IMG/VR virus record: IMGVR_UViG_3300047189_000056
Coordinates: 541-64,540 of that record
Strand: one strand, 5' to 3'
From: a virus
Lineage: Duplodnaviria > Caudoviricetes
Length of the DNA stretch: 64,000 bases
Shown piece after piece: positions 10,330 to 20,396 of this stretch; position 1 is the first letter of the stretch, and each line of letters opens with the position of its first letter. The notes beneath the pieces were generated by a model. It saw only the letters and a program-made list of their open reading frames with translations, made no database searches and was not told where the DNA came from. The position numbers and the translations under genes are program-made.

Positions 10330-11211
10330 CTATTCTCCGGTTCCTAAATCTGTCGCTCTCTTCTCCCAAGCCAAGGAAGCCCAAATCGGTAGATCAATCC
10401 AACATACCTGATTAGGATAGGCAGGCCACTTATTTAATCTCATACATTCTTGCCAAAGGAAGATACCGTATTCTACTTTTTGCTTGCCCATCTCTAAGAA
10501 ATCAGGGGGCAGACCAATGAATGAGCAAAAATATGGTTCTTCGATTTCTTGAAAGACAAATATGAATTTAGGATCTTCTCCCTGAATGCTTTTTACTCCT
10601 CTTGAATAAAGGGCAGCCTGAATATCATATCCCATGTTGACGATATGCCGTGCGAGTTCGGAAGGATTTACACTAATGCCGGTCGTCTTATAATCAACGA
10701 TCAATTTGTGATCCTTGCTAATCCAATCGGGACGAATGCGAAACCATGTTTCTTCTTCTTGCCAAATACAGGATGTTTCGGAATTTTCACTTTCTAAAGA
10801 TATTATTCCTATACCCAATTCCTTACAGGCTATAATTTGGCGATCTGCCGCAGTTACCATCTTTCCAACTTCTTCGAACTGATGAAGAAGCAAAGGTACT
10901 TTCCCTTCACTTCTCGCTTTATCTCTCTGTTCTTTGGCTGCCTTCGTTCTCCAGTCATCGGCTTCAATTACAGCAGCATTGTCGAGTCCTTCGAGCAAAA
11001 GAGAATGGGCAACTTGTCCAATATCAAACTTCTTTTCCCCTTCTTCTGGTTTAAAATTAGGATTTAGACGAGGATGGTTAAACCAAGCGTGAGCTGGGGA
11101 ACGATAAATTAAATCTTGGATTGTAGAACGAGACAAAGAAGGAATTTCACAAGGATCGTTTTGATATTCCTCCATCCTTATTTTATAAGATCCAGGTTTG
11201 TCAATCATCAT
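10330..11211 (-). CDS. RecE/exonuclease VIII-like PD-(D/E)XK exonuclease
   Basis: SLSRS, G...H..LLE, RPD, IVDYKTT, YDIQAALY motifs. Confidence 0.85.
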   Translation of the reverse strand: MMIDKPGSYKIRMEEYQNDPCEIPSLSRSTIQDLIYRSPAHAWFNHPRLNPNFKPEEGEKKFDIGQVAHSLLLEGLDNAAVIEADDWRTKAAKEQRDKARSEGKVPLLLHQFEEVGKMVTAADRQIIACKELGIGIISLESENSETSCIWQEEETWFRIRPDWISKDHKLIVDYKTTGISVNPSELARHIVNMGYDIQAALYSRGVKSIQGEDPKFIFVFQEIEEPYFCSFIGLPPDFLEMGKQKVEYGIFLWQECMRLNKWPAYPNQVCWIDLPIWASLAWEKRATDLGTGE

Positions 11212-11711
11212 TCCCTCCTTTTCCCAATAATTTCGTTATTTATCTTCACCATCTGATTCAACTAACCATTCTTCCTGGATAGTTGAACAAGGAATATCGA
11301 TATTCTTTTTATAGAGGTTAAGAGCCTTAAATTCTGCTTCATTTTGATCTTTAGCCAAAACCTGAAAATTAGTCCTATTCCTTTGATCGAAAAATACTGT
11401 AAATTTTTTCATCTTTTTTCCTCCACCATCCCGAAATATACACACACCCTACACCCTTCTTTACCCATTCGCAATCTCTCTTGCCACACCATCGACGGCA
11501 CAGGTCTTTTAAAGTTGGAAGGGTTAGGGCGCCGATCATTTCTCACCGTTCAAAATCATATCAATAATTTCTCTATCTTCATCGCCTAATATTTCTGAGA
11601 GTCTTGTCAATTCATGTCTCGCTTCCATCAGGTCGGCAGCAAGATGGGCAATATCTTCTCTTGTTGCCATGTCGGGATTAATAGATAAAGTTGATATTCG
11701 TTCAAGCCAAT

Positions 11712-11960
11712 TCATTTCTTCACCCTTGTCCCATGAATTTGCTTTTCAATCAATGTCAATCGGACATCCAGTTCGGTGAGGTCTTTTACCATCAGGGAAT
11801 GAGATCGTTTAATCTCGGCCTGGGCAATAGTTAATTGGGGTTCCACTTGCTTGATGCGATAAAACATCCCCAATCCTGTGCCAATTAAAAGACAAAAAAG
11901 TATAACCATAAAAAATTCACCATAAGTAAAAGACCATGTTTTTCTTCTATACTGCTCCAT
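11712..11960 (-). CDS. Membrane-anchored hypothetical protein
   Basis: TM helix plus coil; SD AGGAGG. Confidence 0.55.
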   Translation of the reverse strand: MEQYRRKTWSFTYGEFFMVILFCLLIGTGLGMFYRIKQVEPQLTIAQAEIKRSHSLMVKDLTELDVRLTLIEKQIHGTRVKK

Positions 11961-12017
11961 GAATCCTCCTATTGTATTCTTTTAATGAATTACTAATTTT
12001 TAATTTTGTTGAATCTT

Positions 12018-12530
12018 TTAAGGGTTGACGATTTGGTTTTTTCTTTGAGGAGCCAATCCTTTCTTTCGCATCTTATGATGAATTAGATCATGGTAACTTT
12101 GGTTACAGATGATAAGATTGCAATTACTATTATCTTTAGGATTTCTGTTGATATGATGAACAATCTCGCCTTCTTTTAGTGGTCTTCCTAAAACGTTTGA
12201 AGCAATTAATCTATGTTCTCCTATATATCCCTCTAAACTTGCGTTTGGATGATCAGGCATTTTGATTAAAATATGTCCTCTGCCATCATAAGTATAACCA
12301 CCTTTCCAATAGCCATTTAAAGAACCTATTAATCTAATACCATACATAGGATTCCCAGAACCTTTTCTGCTTTCACTAAGTCTTTTTCTTCCTTCTTCTG
12401 ACAAAAAACTTTTACCCTTGCTATATTTATACCAACAATTTTGAGAACAAAATCTGCCCCCTCCTCTTTTAATTTCTGACATCCATGTTTGAAAAGGATT
12501 CCCACAAATTTGGCATACACATTGAACCAT
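12018..12530 (-). CDS. HNH homing endonuclease
   Basis: CxxC/FCS N-terminus, NPMYG, YIGEHRL, IVHHINRN..DN...NL. Confidence 0.85.
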   Translation of the reverse strand: MVQCVCQICGNPFQTWMSEIKRGGGRFCSQNCWYKYSKGKSFLSEEGRKRLSESRKGSGNPMYGIRLIGSLNGYWKGGYTYDGRGHILIKMPDHPNASLEGYIGEHRLIASNVLGRPLKEGEIVHHINRNPKDNSNCNLIICNQSYHDLIHHKMRKKGLAPQRKNQIVNP

Positions 12531-12806
12531 TTTTTAGCCTCCCTAAAAGAATATTAAGATAAATGGCAGAAATACAACCCAACTGAGATAGGCCGCACAA
12601 CATGCAAGAGCCAGCCAGCATGTGACCTCAAAGATATCGCTCATTTTTCCCACCTCTCCAAAGATGCCTTGAGTTTTCGCCAAGGGATAATGATAATCTT
12701 TGATGATTTAGAATCTACGAGTTCAATTCCTGCTTCGGCTTCATAATACCAATAATCCTGATTTCCAAAACGTTGAGGGCTTAAGCTTAAATCTTTCTTC
12801 CTCATC

Positions 12807-13490
12807 TCACACCTCCACCGGCTCGATAGACTTTTCCTTCAGTTTATTTCTTTCTTTCACTCTATGATATGAATCCCTTTTTACTTTCAAATACCATTCG
12901 TGGTTTAGGACCCTATAATTTTTCATCCTAATGGAAGTACAGATCGGGCAATATCGTTTTGCACTTCCATTATAAGGATAAGAAACTAATTCGTGACCAT
13001 TGTCACAATGAGTTTTTCTTGCATTTTGAGCTGGAAAACCATTCCCACGCAAAAGATTCTCTCGCATAGTTACTAATTCCATATGATCAGGATTTACACA
13101 ACGAGGATTTCTACAAAGATGATCTATTGTAAGATTGGTTGGAATTTCCCCTTTAAGATAAGCATAAGACCACCTATGAGCATTAAATGTTTGTTGTTGC
13201 CCATTTTTTTTAATTCCAAAATTACCATAGCCCCCAGGCTTAATAGATGCTATCCAGTTCCAACATCCATTAATATCAATTCTTGCTTTTCTAAAAAATC
13301 TTTCTTCGGTTGACAATCTTGGAATAGTGGCAAGTGCCTTCCGTTGAGCAACTGTTTGCTTTCTACCAATTTTGAATGTACCTGGGTTGGGGTTTAAAGA
13401 TTGGTATTTTGTATAGCAGGATTTTGAACAAAACGTTTTTCTCTTAGTACCAACATCTTGATTACATTGTTTACATGGGCGTGGATTCAT
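12807..13490 (-). CDS. HNH homing endonuclease
   Basis: GCWNW, GYG, AHRWSY, DHLCRNPRCVNPDH, KTHCDNGH. Confidence 0.9.
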   Translation of the reverse strand: MNPRPCKQCNQDVGTKRKTFCSKSCYTKYQSLNPNPGTFKIGRKQTVAQRKALATIPRLSTEERFFRKARIDINGCWNWIASIKPGGYGNFGIKKNGQQQTFNAHRWSYAYLKGEIPTNLTIDHLCRNPRCVNPDHMELVTMRENLLRGNGFPAQNARKTHCDNGHELVSYPYNGSAKRYCPICTSIRMKNYRVLNHEWYLKVKRDSYHRVKERNKLKEKSIEPVEV

Positions 13491-13649
13491 TTACTGTTCC
13501 CTCATTTTTCCTGTCAGGGTTATGGTGAACGTGATGATCAAGTAGAAGTATTTTTACCAACTTTTTTACCAACCATACCCTCCATCCGATAGGTAGCAAT
13601 TTCCTTATCAGCCACAGCCTCCATCCGATCTTTTTCTTTAGCTTTCTTC

Positions 13650-14057
13650 TCATGGGGTCTCCTTCATCAACTCAGGGTTCTCATAAATATTACTAATGAC
13701 TTCAACAATCCAATTTCCAGCACTCTGACAAAATGCTTCAGTAAGAATTGCATTATGAAAATCAGACCTAAAAGAACCATCATCGAAAAAGACCTTTGCC
13801 TTACACTTTATTGGTTCATCTGTTTCATATTGGCTTTTAATAAGAACAATATCCCCCTCCCAAATTTCTTTTCCTTTTGAATCGTGGAGGCCAGTAAATT
13901 GCATGAGTTCAATATCTTCAAAATTCCAGAGACTTTCACCTTTAATGGTTTTTACACCAAAAATTCCAGCACATTTCCCTTTTGGATATATTGCTTCTAA
14001 GTCATTAATCATCACCTTTTCTTGTTTCCACCACGCCCTAAACTTTATCTCTCTCAT
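13650..14057 (-). CDS. YopX family protein
   Basis: MREIKFRAW...LMQFTGLHDSKGKEIWEGDI...NIYENPEL. Confidence 0.92.
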   Translation of the reverse strand: MREIKFRAWWKQEKVMINDLEAIYPKGKCAGIFGVKTIKGESLWNFEDIELMQFTGLHDSKGKEIWEGDIVLIKSQYETDEPIKCKAKVFFDDGSFRSDFHNAILTEAFCQSAGNWIVEVISNIYENPELMKETP

Positions 14058-14621
14058 TCTTTCTCCTCTTAATCGCCTTCTTGACCTGTGCGGTACATTT
14101 GAGATCGACCAAGTATGGACATTTCTTTAAGGTACAGACCTCATCCGATAATTTGAATTTCTGACGTGATTTCTCGCAAAGGAAATATGGCATTTATTTT
14201 TCTTTATAAACCTTATTGACTTTAGCAATCATCTGATCTTTGAGATTAATAGACGATTTGTGATTTTGATAATATGCACTTTGATAAGGCCAGTCTTTAT
14301 TTATTTTACAAAGGTTAACCCTATCCTTTATAACTTTTTGAGGGTGACTTACTGTTAAACAAAAGCAAGAAGAAAGACATAAATGTAATGGACATTTCCC
14401 ATCTCTAATATCCCAAATAATTCCAGTAGAATTAAACCTTGATTTGTACTTCCTCAAATGCTTCTCAAACTTATCAAGGGCCGCTCCACGGACAGGCCAC
14501 CGCCCATTGTCAATACGCATCTCTGGAGACTATCATTAATCCCATCACAAAAACTCCAAGCAAACAACCCACAAAGATGCCGACTACGAAACCTGTCCAG
14601 AACATTTCTACTCCTTTTCAA

Positions 14622-14894
14622 TTATACTGGTGTTTCCCCTTCCCTTAATTTGGGTTCAACAAAAGCATGTTTGGCTCTTCGGCCCCGTTTCGGTTTCTCT
14701 GGTAAACTGGGATGTAATGGTCCCAACATAACCGTCTTTTCCTTCTTCACCCTTTTCTTGCGAACCTTCTTTTCAGGGGCCGGAATGTCAATGATGACTG
14801 CATTATCATCGACAAGCATTTCAAAAAGGTTTTCTAATAGATTTTGAGCAGATTCAACCTTTAATCTCAATTCTTTCAAACTTATAATGTTCAT
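14622..14894 (-). CDS. Basic hypothetical protein
   Basis: SD AAGGAGGTGA; K/R-rich C-half. Confidence 0.6.
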   Translation of the reverse strand: MNIISLKELRLKVESAQNLLENLFEMLVDDNAVIIDIPAPEKKVRKKRVKKEKTVMLGPLHPSLPEKPKRGRRAKHAFVEPKLREGETPV

Positions 14895-15037
14895 TCAATC
14901 ACCTCCTTTCGTCTAAAGTGAAATTCTAAATCGCTTCTGCCATTCCCCCTTCCGCCATTTCAGGTTATGAAGATTAAGTCCCAATTACAGTCAACTTGCG
15001 GGTTCTCGGCTATGCCGGATGGCCGTCTAACAGAGAC

Positions 15038-15436
15038 TCATGGGACATGGGATTCATTTATTTGTTTATTTTCTTCTAATATTACTCTTAATTTCATTAA
15101 AGAATTTGATTGATGATAATTTCCCCATATATCTCTATCTGTCATTTCTAATCCATATTTTTCCTTAATCCAATTTATAGCTTGATCGAAGGATTCTTTT
15201 TTGGCTCGTTTATGATTACTTCCAAAAACACTAAATGTTTTACATCCACCATTATACCAAGGAGAATCTGGATCAGTTTTAAAGTTAATGCCAACAATTT
15301 TCCAATTTGCCGATCTATATGCTCTTCCGTCTTGAATAGGGTTGTAGGCTAAAAATAATTTATTATTTAAAATTTCTGCTATTTGCCATGAATTATGGAT
15401 TTTATATTTATTTAGAATTGCTTTGGTTAATTTCAT
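15038..15436 (-). CDS. Hypothetical protein, first large gene of the leftward operon
   Basis: SD GGAGG; AT-rich ORF. Confidence 0.6.
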   Translation of the reverse strand: MKLTKAILNKYKIHNSWQIAEILNNKLFLAYNPIQDGRAYRSANWKIVGINFKTDPDSPWYNGGCKTFSVFGSNHKRAKKESFDQAINWIKEKYGLEMTDRDIWGNYHQSNSLMKLRVILEENKQINESHVP

Positions 15437-15616
15437 TTTAATCCTCCGGAGAGATGGGATTCATGGCGCTGCCTGTATTTCACCCCATTTATGCCTACTA
15501 CCGCTCTTTCTATGTGGTCTACAGGGATTTTCTTCCTTCACATGATACCTACCTATGGGTTTTTGAGTTCGCTTGTCTTGGGGCATCCTAAGAACAACCT
15601 CGTTGAACGTTGATTG

Positions 15617-15647
15617 ATGTTCTATCATGTAGAACATAAATTGTCAA
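15617..15647 (-). promoter_or_regulatory. PL-like promoter overlapped by palindromic operator ATGTTCTA-N5-TAGAACAT
   Basis: Minus-strand TTGACA-17 bp-TAGAAC; perfect inverted repeat 15617-15637. Confidence 0.7.
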
Positions 15648-15673
15648 GCATTATTTTTAAAAATATTTGGGAA

Positions 15674-15958
15674 TTAGGATTTGGTAATGGATTTAAATAT
15701 TTCGAGGAGGGATTTTCCGCCTTCGTAGATAGTTGCCGAGGAGTAAAAGTCAAACATGGTTTTCCCGCATTTATTTATCCAAAGTCTTATTCTTTCCTCT
15801 GTGAGAGGCAATTTACCCTTTTCAATTTCTGAAATTTTGCCTTTTCCTGTTCGAAGTCCCATTAATCGGGCAAGTTCTTCTTGAGTCAAATCTGAATCAA
15901 GGCGTAATTGTTTAAGAACTTGACCCCATTTTCGGTTACGATGGATTTTTCTTGACAT
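15674..15958 (-). CDS. XRE-family HTH repressor (CI-like, 94 aa, no S24 domain)
   Basis: LKQLRLDSDLTQEELARLMG...ISEIEKG; divergent from cro-like gene; start placed at ATG 15958 to avoid overlap. Confidence 0.8.
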   Translation of the reverse strand: MSRKIHRNRKWGQVLKQLRLDSDLTQEELARLMGLRTGKGKISEIEKGKLPLTEERIRLWINKCGKTMFDFYSSATIYEGGKSLLEIFKSITKS

Positions 15959-15989
15959 TTCCTTTTCGATGTTATATAAAGTAGAACTA
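15952..15989 (+). promoter_or_regulatory. PR-like promoter with second operator copy
   Basis: TTGACA(15952)-17 bp-TATAAA(15975); ATGTTATA-N5-TAGAACTA at 15969-15989. Confidence 0.7.
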
Positions 15990-16210
15990 TGAAAATTCGG
16001 GATTTTTGCGAATTGCGAAAAAAAACATTGAAACAATTCTGTGATGAGAATGGCTATCGATATGGGTATTTGAGACAGATTTCCTCTGGACATGTTCGGC
16101 CATCACCCGATCTTGCACTTCGGATTGAGAAAGATACCGAAGGGTTAGTAACAAGGTTGGAACTCCTGTATCCTTTACACAAAAGGGATACTCAAGAATC
16201 GTGCCAATAG
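15989..16210 (+). CDS. Cro/YdaS-like HTH protein
   Basis: YLRQISSG..RPSPDLALRIEKDTEGLVTRLELLYP. Confidence 0.85.
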   Translation: MKIRDFCELRKKTLKQFCDENGYRYGYLRQISSGHVRPSPDLALRIEKDTEGLVTRLELLYPLHKRDTQESCQ

Positions 16211-16600
16211 AAATCATGTATACCCTTGATAAATCATGGCAAGTTATTAGTTTTTGGACGCAATAAATGTTCCAAATCATGAACAAAAATTGTCACTTTT
16301 TTATAATTTTTCTAATATTAAATTCAAAAATTTTGTCAATATAAGTGACTTTCCCTGTGAATCGGTCCAATTTATAAGCCCCTTCGACACCGGAGGTAAT
16401 ACTGTAACGCATCATCCAGAGGCAGATTACGATTAGAACAATTAACGCGATAAACAATTTGGTTTTCATATTTTCTCCTTTCTAAACAAAAAGGGGAGCC
16501 GATCCCCTGGGGGGGCCTCGGATAATGGAGCTTGAAGGGCGATATTTCCGGGGCTTCCGCTTTTAACCACTAACTTATCAAAAGAGGGGGGTAAGATCAA

Positions 16601-16792
16601 GTGGAGAAACTTACCGAAACAATCACCTTTAAAGTATCGGCACGCCTGAAAATCCAACTCGAAGATAAAGCCATCGATGAAGGAATTAATATCTCTGATC
16701 TTTGTCGTAAATGGGTAATTCAATCTCTTCATAATTCGAATTTCCGCATGAAAGACTATCTCAGAAACGGAGATGAAGAGCAAGAGAAATGA
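16601..16792 (+). CDS. Ribbon-helix-helix/CII-like regulator
   Basis: ETITFKVS...L...A...GINISDLCR pattern. Confidence 0.65.
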   Translation: MEKLTETITFKVSARLKIQLEDKAIDEGINISDLCRKWVIQSLHNSNFRMKDYLRNGDEEQEK

Positions 16793-16925
16793 AGTCTACA
16801 TTATCAAACAAAGTAGACAAGAAAGTTTTTACCCACAACCTGTTGTGGTTTGAGACGAAATGATCAACTTGACCTCTCCCATACCCAGTGATACCCTCCT
16901 TCTCATTCCAATCGAGGAGGGGGAT

Positions 16926-17966
16926 ATGAAAGGAAAAGTCTATTCACATGGCAAAGGCTTTAGGGTTTACTTTAAAGGGGAATGGTTTTCTCATGACGAA
17001 TTTGGTAGGCCGCTTAAATCTAAGTTCTATGCTTATTCATTTCTCGAACATCTAAACGCTCTTTACGATCCGGATCCTGCTAAGAACCGTTATCATCCTT
17101 CAAAGTTCAAGAACAAGACGCCATATAAGCTTGATGAGGCGTTTGCTCTCTACCTTGATCGGAAGCAGACTGATTCCGGCTGGCAAAAGGCAAAGGAATG
17201 GATCTGGAAGAAATATTTCATGGTTTATTTCGCCAATCAAGACTTTCGAACAATCGATGACGTCCAACTCCAGGCCTTTGTCAAATGGCTGGAGGGCAGG
17301 GACCTTAAGGGGAAGACAATCAAGAATATCCTGATGATGTTGCATGGATTTCTAAATTACTTCAAACGTTCAATCAATATCTTTCCTCAATTCCCTTCAA
17401 TTTCTTACCAGCAACCCCGGCCAAAGAAATTTACAGACAAAGAAATTGATCAAGTCTTTGAGTTCATCCAGGAGCAAGATAGGGGTTATTTCCTTTTTAT
17501 CCGGTATTACGGAGTCCGTCCCGAGGAAGCCAGTGGGCTCCTTCGATCAGCTATTAACTGGGAAACCGGGGAGATCACCATTTCGACCGTCTTTGTCAAT
17601 GGGCGCGTAAAGCCAAAAACCAAGACCATGAAGGAAAGGGGACTCCCGATCATCCCCGAGATCGAACCCTATCTCAAATCAACCACTCTATCTACCTTCG
17701 TTTTTCAGATAGGGCGCCATCCCTACACCCGGCATGTTCGAGAGAGTCGGTGGAATAGGGCGATGAAACAGGCTGTACAAAAATACAGTGCTCGGGTAAT
17801 GACTCTGCGGGATCTCCGATCGAGTGCAACAAGCCGATGGCTAAAGAAGGGGATGCTTATCCAGGATGCAGCTCAGTTGCTCGGAAATTCCCCTGAAATA
17901 ATCAGGAAGCATTACAGCGACCAGACGGAAAATAAGGTCGTGGAAATAGTGAGAGGAAAGACTTGA
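16926..17966 (+). CDS. int: Tyrosine integrase
   Basis: YYGVRPEEA (R), LRDLRS, LLGNS, KHY (Y); SAM-like domain KTIKNIL; SD GAGGAGG before ATG 16926; adjacent attP. Confidence 0.9.
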   Translation: MKGKVYSHGKGFRVYFKGEWFSHDEFGRPLKSKFYAYSFLEHLNALYDPDPAKNRYHPSKFKNKTPYKLDEAFALYLDRKQTDSGWQKAKEWIWKKYFMVYFANQDFRTIDDVQLQAFVKWLEGRDLKGKTIKNILMMLHGFLNYFKRSINIFPQFPSISYQQPRPKKFTDKEIDQVFEFIQEQDRGYFLFIRYYGVRPEEASGLLRSAINWETGEITISTVFVNGRVKPKTKTMKERGLPIIPEIEPYLKSTTLSTFVFQIGRHPYTRHVRESRWNRAMKQAVQKYSARVMTLRDLRSSATSRWLKKGMLIQDAAQLLGNSPEIIRKHYSDQTENKVVEIVRGKT

Positions 17967-17973
17967 GGGCTAA

Positions 17974-18105
17974 TTTTCCACCAAATTCCACCATGACCAC
18001 CAGCAAACCATTGATAGTCAGGTGGATGGGTAAGGTTCGAATCCTTGCCCCTCAGCCAACAATATCAAGTATTTATCCTCAAAAATCCTCCACTATTTTC
18101 CACCA
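17974..18105 (+). other. attP: core 18032-18058 equals the 3' end of a tRNA (Gln-like), flanked by arm repeats and IHF boxes
   Basis: AAGG-TTCGAAT-CCTTG-CCCCTCA-G-CCA (T-arm, A72, G73, CCA); TTCCACCA repeats on both sides; WATCAAN4TTR matches at 18004-18016 (minus) and 18063-18075 (plus). Confidence 0.85.
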
Positions 18106-18229
18106 AAACCAATTTAAATAATCTATGTGCAGATTGCAAAAGGGTTGCAGTTTAACTCTCCCTCGGGGTCCGGCCCTCCTATTCCCCCCCCTCAAAACCG
18201 GACCTTGGGGGAGGGTTGTTAGGTGAGAG

Positions 18230-18895
18230 ATGTATCGCCTAATGGATGGCATTGAATTTCTTAAATCCCTTCCCGATAAATCCGTGGATGGGATTTTTAC
18301 GGACCCACCGTGGGGATTTCGAGTATCTGAATCATCGACTGGACATAGAACAAAAAAAGGAATTATCAGAGGAAATGAAAATTGGCTCGAGCTGATTAAG
18401 GGAATGACAAATGAGGGGGCGAGAATTCTTAAGCCCGACGGCCGATGTTTGATCTGGTTGGGAGTACGACACATTGGTCCTGTCTGTAAAATAGTGACCA
18501 CTCTCGAGTACCGTTGGATGATCTTTGTCAAATATATGCCTCCGAGGTTCATGGCTGGTCTCCAGTCATACTTCGATGCGATTCTTTACTTTGCCAAACC
18601 CGAATCTCCATGGCCTGACAAGGTCGGCGGAAAATGTAAACCTCAAGAATATGTCAAGTATTCAACTGGAAAGTCAGATACGAATCATCCCTGCGCTCGG
18701 CCATTCAAAAATGTAAAACAGATTTTACGAGATTGGTTCAAGGAAGGGGAGAGAATCGTTGATCCATTCGCCGGATCTGATACTACTGGCCGAGCAGCTC
18801 GAGAGCTCAATCTAAAATGGGATTCTTGTGAGATTGACCCTAAAATGTACGAAACGGGTATTGAGCGACATAGGCAAGGGATTCTTTTTGAATAG
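18230..18895 (+). CDS. N6-adenine/N4-cytosine DNA methyltransferase (beta class), orphan
   Basis: SVD.IFTDPPW, HP..RP, DPFAGS.TT motifs. Confidence 0.9.
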   Translation: MYRLMDGIEFLKSLPDKSVDGIFTDPPWGFRVSESSTGHRTKKGIIRGNENWLELIKGMTNEGARILKPDGRCLIWLGVRHIGPVCKIVTTLEYRWMIFVKYMPPRFMAGLQSYFDAILYFAKPESPWPDKVGGKCKPQEYVKYSTGKSDTNHPCARPFKNVKQILRDWFKEGERIVDPFAGSDTTGRAARELNLKWDSCEIDPKMYETGIERHRQGILFE

Positions 18896-18932
18896 GAGCT
18901 AACTTGGGCAAGGCGCCGGTTATGGAGGAATT

Positions 18933-19358
18933 ATGGACTACTTAGAGAAGTTGAAAGATCCAAGATGGCAAAAGAAAAGGCTTGAAATTCTTCAACGGGA
19001 TCAATGGACTTGCAAATCGTGTGGCGAAAAAGAGAAAACACTTCATGTTCATCATTTATTTTATTTTAAAGACACTGATCCTTGGGATTTAAATGATGGG
19101 TATTTAATCACACTGTGCGAAAACTGCCATTCTGAAAAGAATGATGATATTTTCGGATATTTGCATGGAGATACGATTGCAGAAATTGGGAATACTCTAA
19201 ATCAAATTTGGCATTCTGGATTTGATCTTTTTGATTTGGTTTCTCTTCAAGAAATCTTTTTTTATACCAAGCGAGAACAAAAAGGACAAATAAAGTCTGG
19301 AACCTTAAAACTGAAATATTTCCACCCAAGGGGGATACTTCCAAAAAACAGAATATGA
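18933..19358 (+). CDS. HNH endonuclease
   Basis: PRWQKKRLEILQRD..TC..CG...LHVHH...LITLCENCH. Confidence 0.88.
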   Translation: MDYLEKLKDPRWQKKRLEILQRDQWTCKSCGEKEKTLHVHHLFYFKDTDPWDLNDGYLITLCENCHSEKNDDIFGYLHGDTIAEIGNTLNQIWHSGFDLFDLVSLQEIFFYTKREQKGQIKSGTLKLKYFHPRGILPKNRI

Positions 19359-20107
19359 GAGCAAGAAATCTAAAACCAGGATTCTTTAAAAATGAGGAAT
19401 TGGCGCAAATTAATGCCCTTGGCCGAATATTATTTGAAGGTTTGTGGTGTTTGGCTGATCGGAAGGGAAGATTAGAGGATCGACCGCAAAGAATTAAAAT
19501 TGAAATATTACCTTATGATGATTGCAATATTAATGATCTTCTCGTGATACTTAATGAAAAAAAGTTTATTACAAGATATTCTGTAAATGGCAATAAGTAT
19601 ATAGAAATAAATGCTTTTTTAAAACACCAAACCCCACACTGGCAAGAAAAAGATAGTATCATACCTGCTTTAAATCCTATCCAAGATAAACCTAAGAGAA
19701 AACCTAAAACTATCTTAGATAAACCTAAGTGTAATCCTTCTGACTCCTTTAACCTGACTCCTGACTCCTTTAACCTGACTCCTGACTCCCTATTCACATT
19801 ATTCAATGAAACCTGTTCAAATCTTCCCCAAATAACCGAACTAACAGAATCAAGAAAACAAAAAACTACTATTCGTTTAAAGAAGCATCCCGAAAAAGAA
19901 TGGTGGTTAATAGTCTTTCAAAAGGCAGATGGGATTTATTTTACTTCCAAAGATGGAGGTAATTGGAGACCATCTTTTGATTGGCTAATCGAAAATGACA
20001 AGAATGCATTAAAAGTTTATGAGGGAAATTATGATAAACAGAAGCATTCCGGTTTGAAGTCTTGGGCAAATGAAATAAAGGAGGAGGAAAATGCAAGAAA
20101 AGGATAA
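19355..20107 (+). CDS. Phage replication initiator
   Basis: RARNLKPGFF...LW..ADR.GR N-terminus; W..SFDWL...K..EGNY C-terminus; internal iterons. Confidence 0.85.
   Translation: MRARNLKPGFFKNEELAQINALGRILFEGLWCLADRKGRLEDRPQRIKIEILPYDDCNINDLLVILNEKKFITRYSVNGNKYIEINAFLKHQTPHWQEKDSIIPALNPIQDKPKRKPKTILDKPKCNPSDSFNLTPDSFNLTPDSLFTLFNETCSNLPQITELTESRKQKTTIRLKKHPEKEWWLIVFQKADGIYFTSKDGGNWRPSFDWLIENDKNALKVYEGNYDKQKHSGLKSWANEIKEEENARKG
19684..19789 (+). repeat. Iterons inside the initiator gene (probable origin)
   Basis: 21-bp CTGACTCCTTTAACCTGACTC x2 plus partial (19740-19789); GATAAACCTAAG x2. Confidence 0.75.
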
Positions 20108-20396
20108 GAAAGAATTTTTGGTTTTAATGGCCGTGCTTTCAGAAGCCTTTAAAGAGGATATGTCGAAGGAAAGAGCAAAGATTTATTTCGATTTCTTAAA
20201 AGGTTACTCAATTGAAGGCATCAAATATGCCATCAAGAGGGCCATTAAAGAGCTTAAATTCTTTCCTAAGATATCCGAACTCTTGGTGTTCCTTGGATAT
20301 GATCCTCATTACCCAGATTATGGCACTTATTTGGAAGATAAAGGTAAAAGACCCAGGGAGATCGATTTTAAGATGAGAGCTGCGGGGGACCAATAA
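20091..20396 (+). CDS. Helicase loader/loader-inhibitor-like protein
   Basis: Follows initiator; KFFPKISEL motif. Confidence 0.6.
   Translation: MQEKDKKEFLVLMAVLSEAFKEDMSKERAKIYFDFLKGYSIEGIKYAIKRAIKELKFFPKISELLVFLGYDPHYPDYGTYLEDKGKRPREIDFKMRAAGDQ

Noticed and set aside
18000-18058. Complete tRNA gene
   Set aside because: Only T-arm, acceptor 3' strand and CCA are present; no D or anticodon arm or matching 5' strand, so it is an att core
18157-18213. GC-rich hairpin with C-rich loop as an anti-int antisense RNA
   Set aside because: Complementarity to the int SD is only about 7 nt of generic anti-SD sequence
18700-18745. Inactive MTase because motif I reads FAGSDTT
   Set aside because: Non-Gly residues at this position occur in active beta-class enzymes; insufficient evidence
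18230-19358. MTase plus HNH as a restriction-modification pair
   Set aside because: Both are common independent phage genes, and this HNH resembles the other free-standing ones
19740-19789. CRISPR-like or mini-array repeat
   Set aside because: Tandem 21-bp units without spacers inside the initiator gene; typical iterons. No CRISPR array or cas gene seen anywhere
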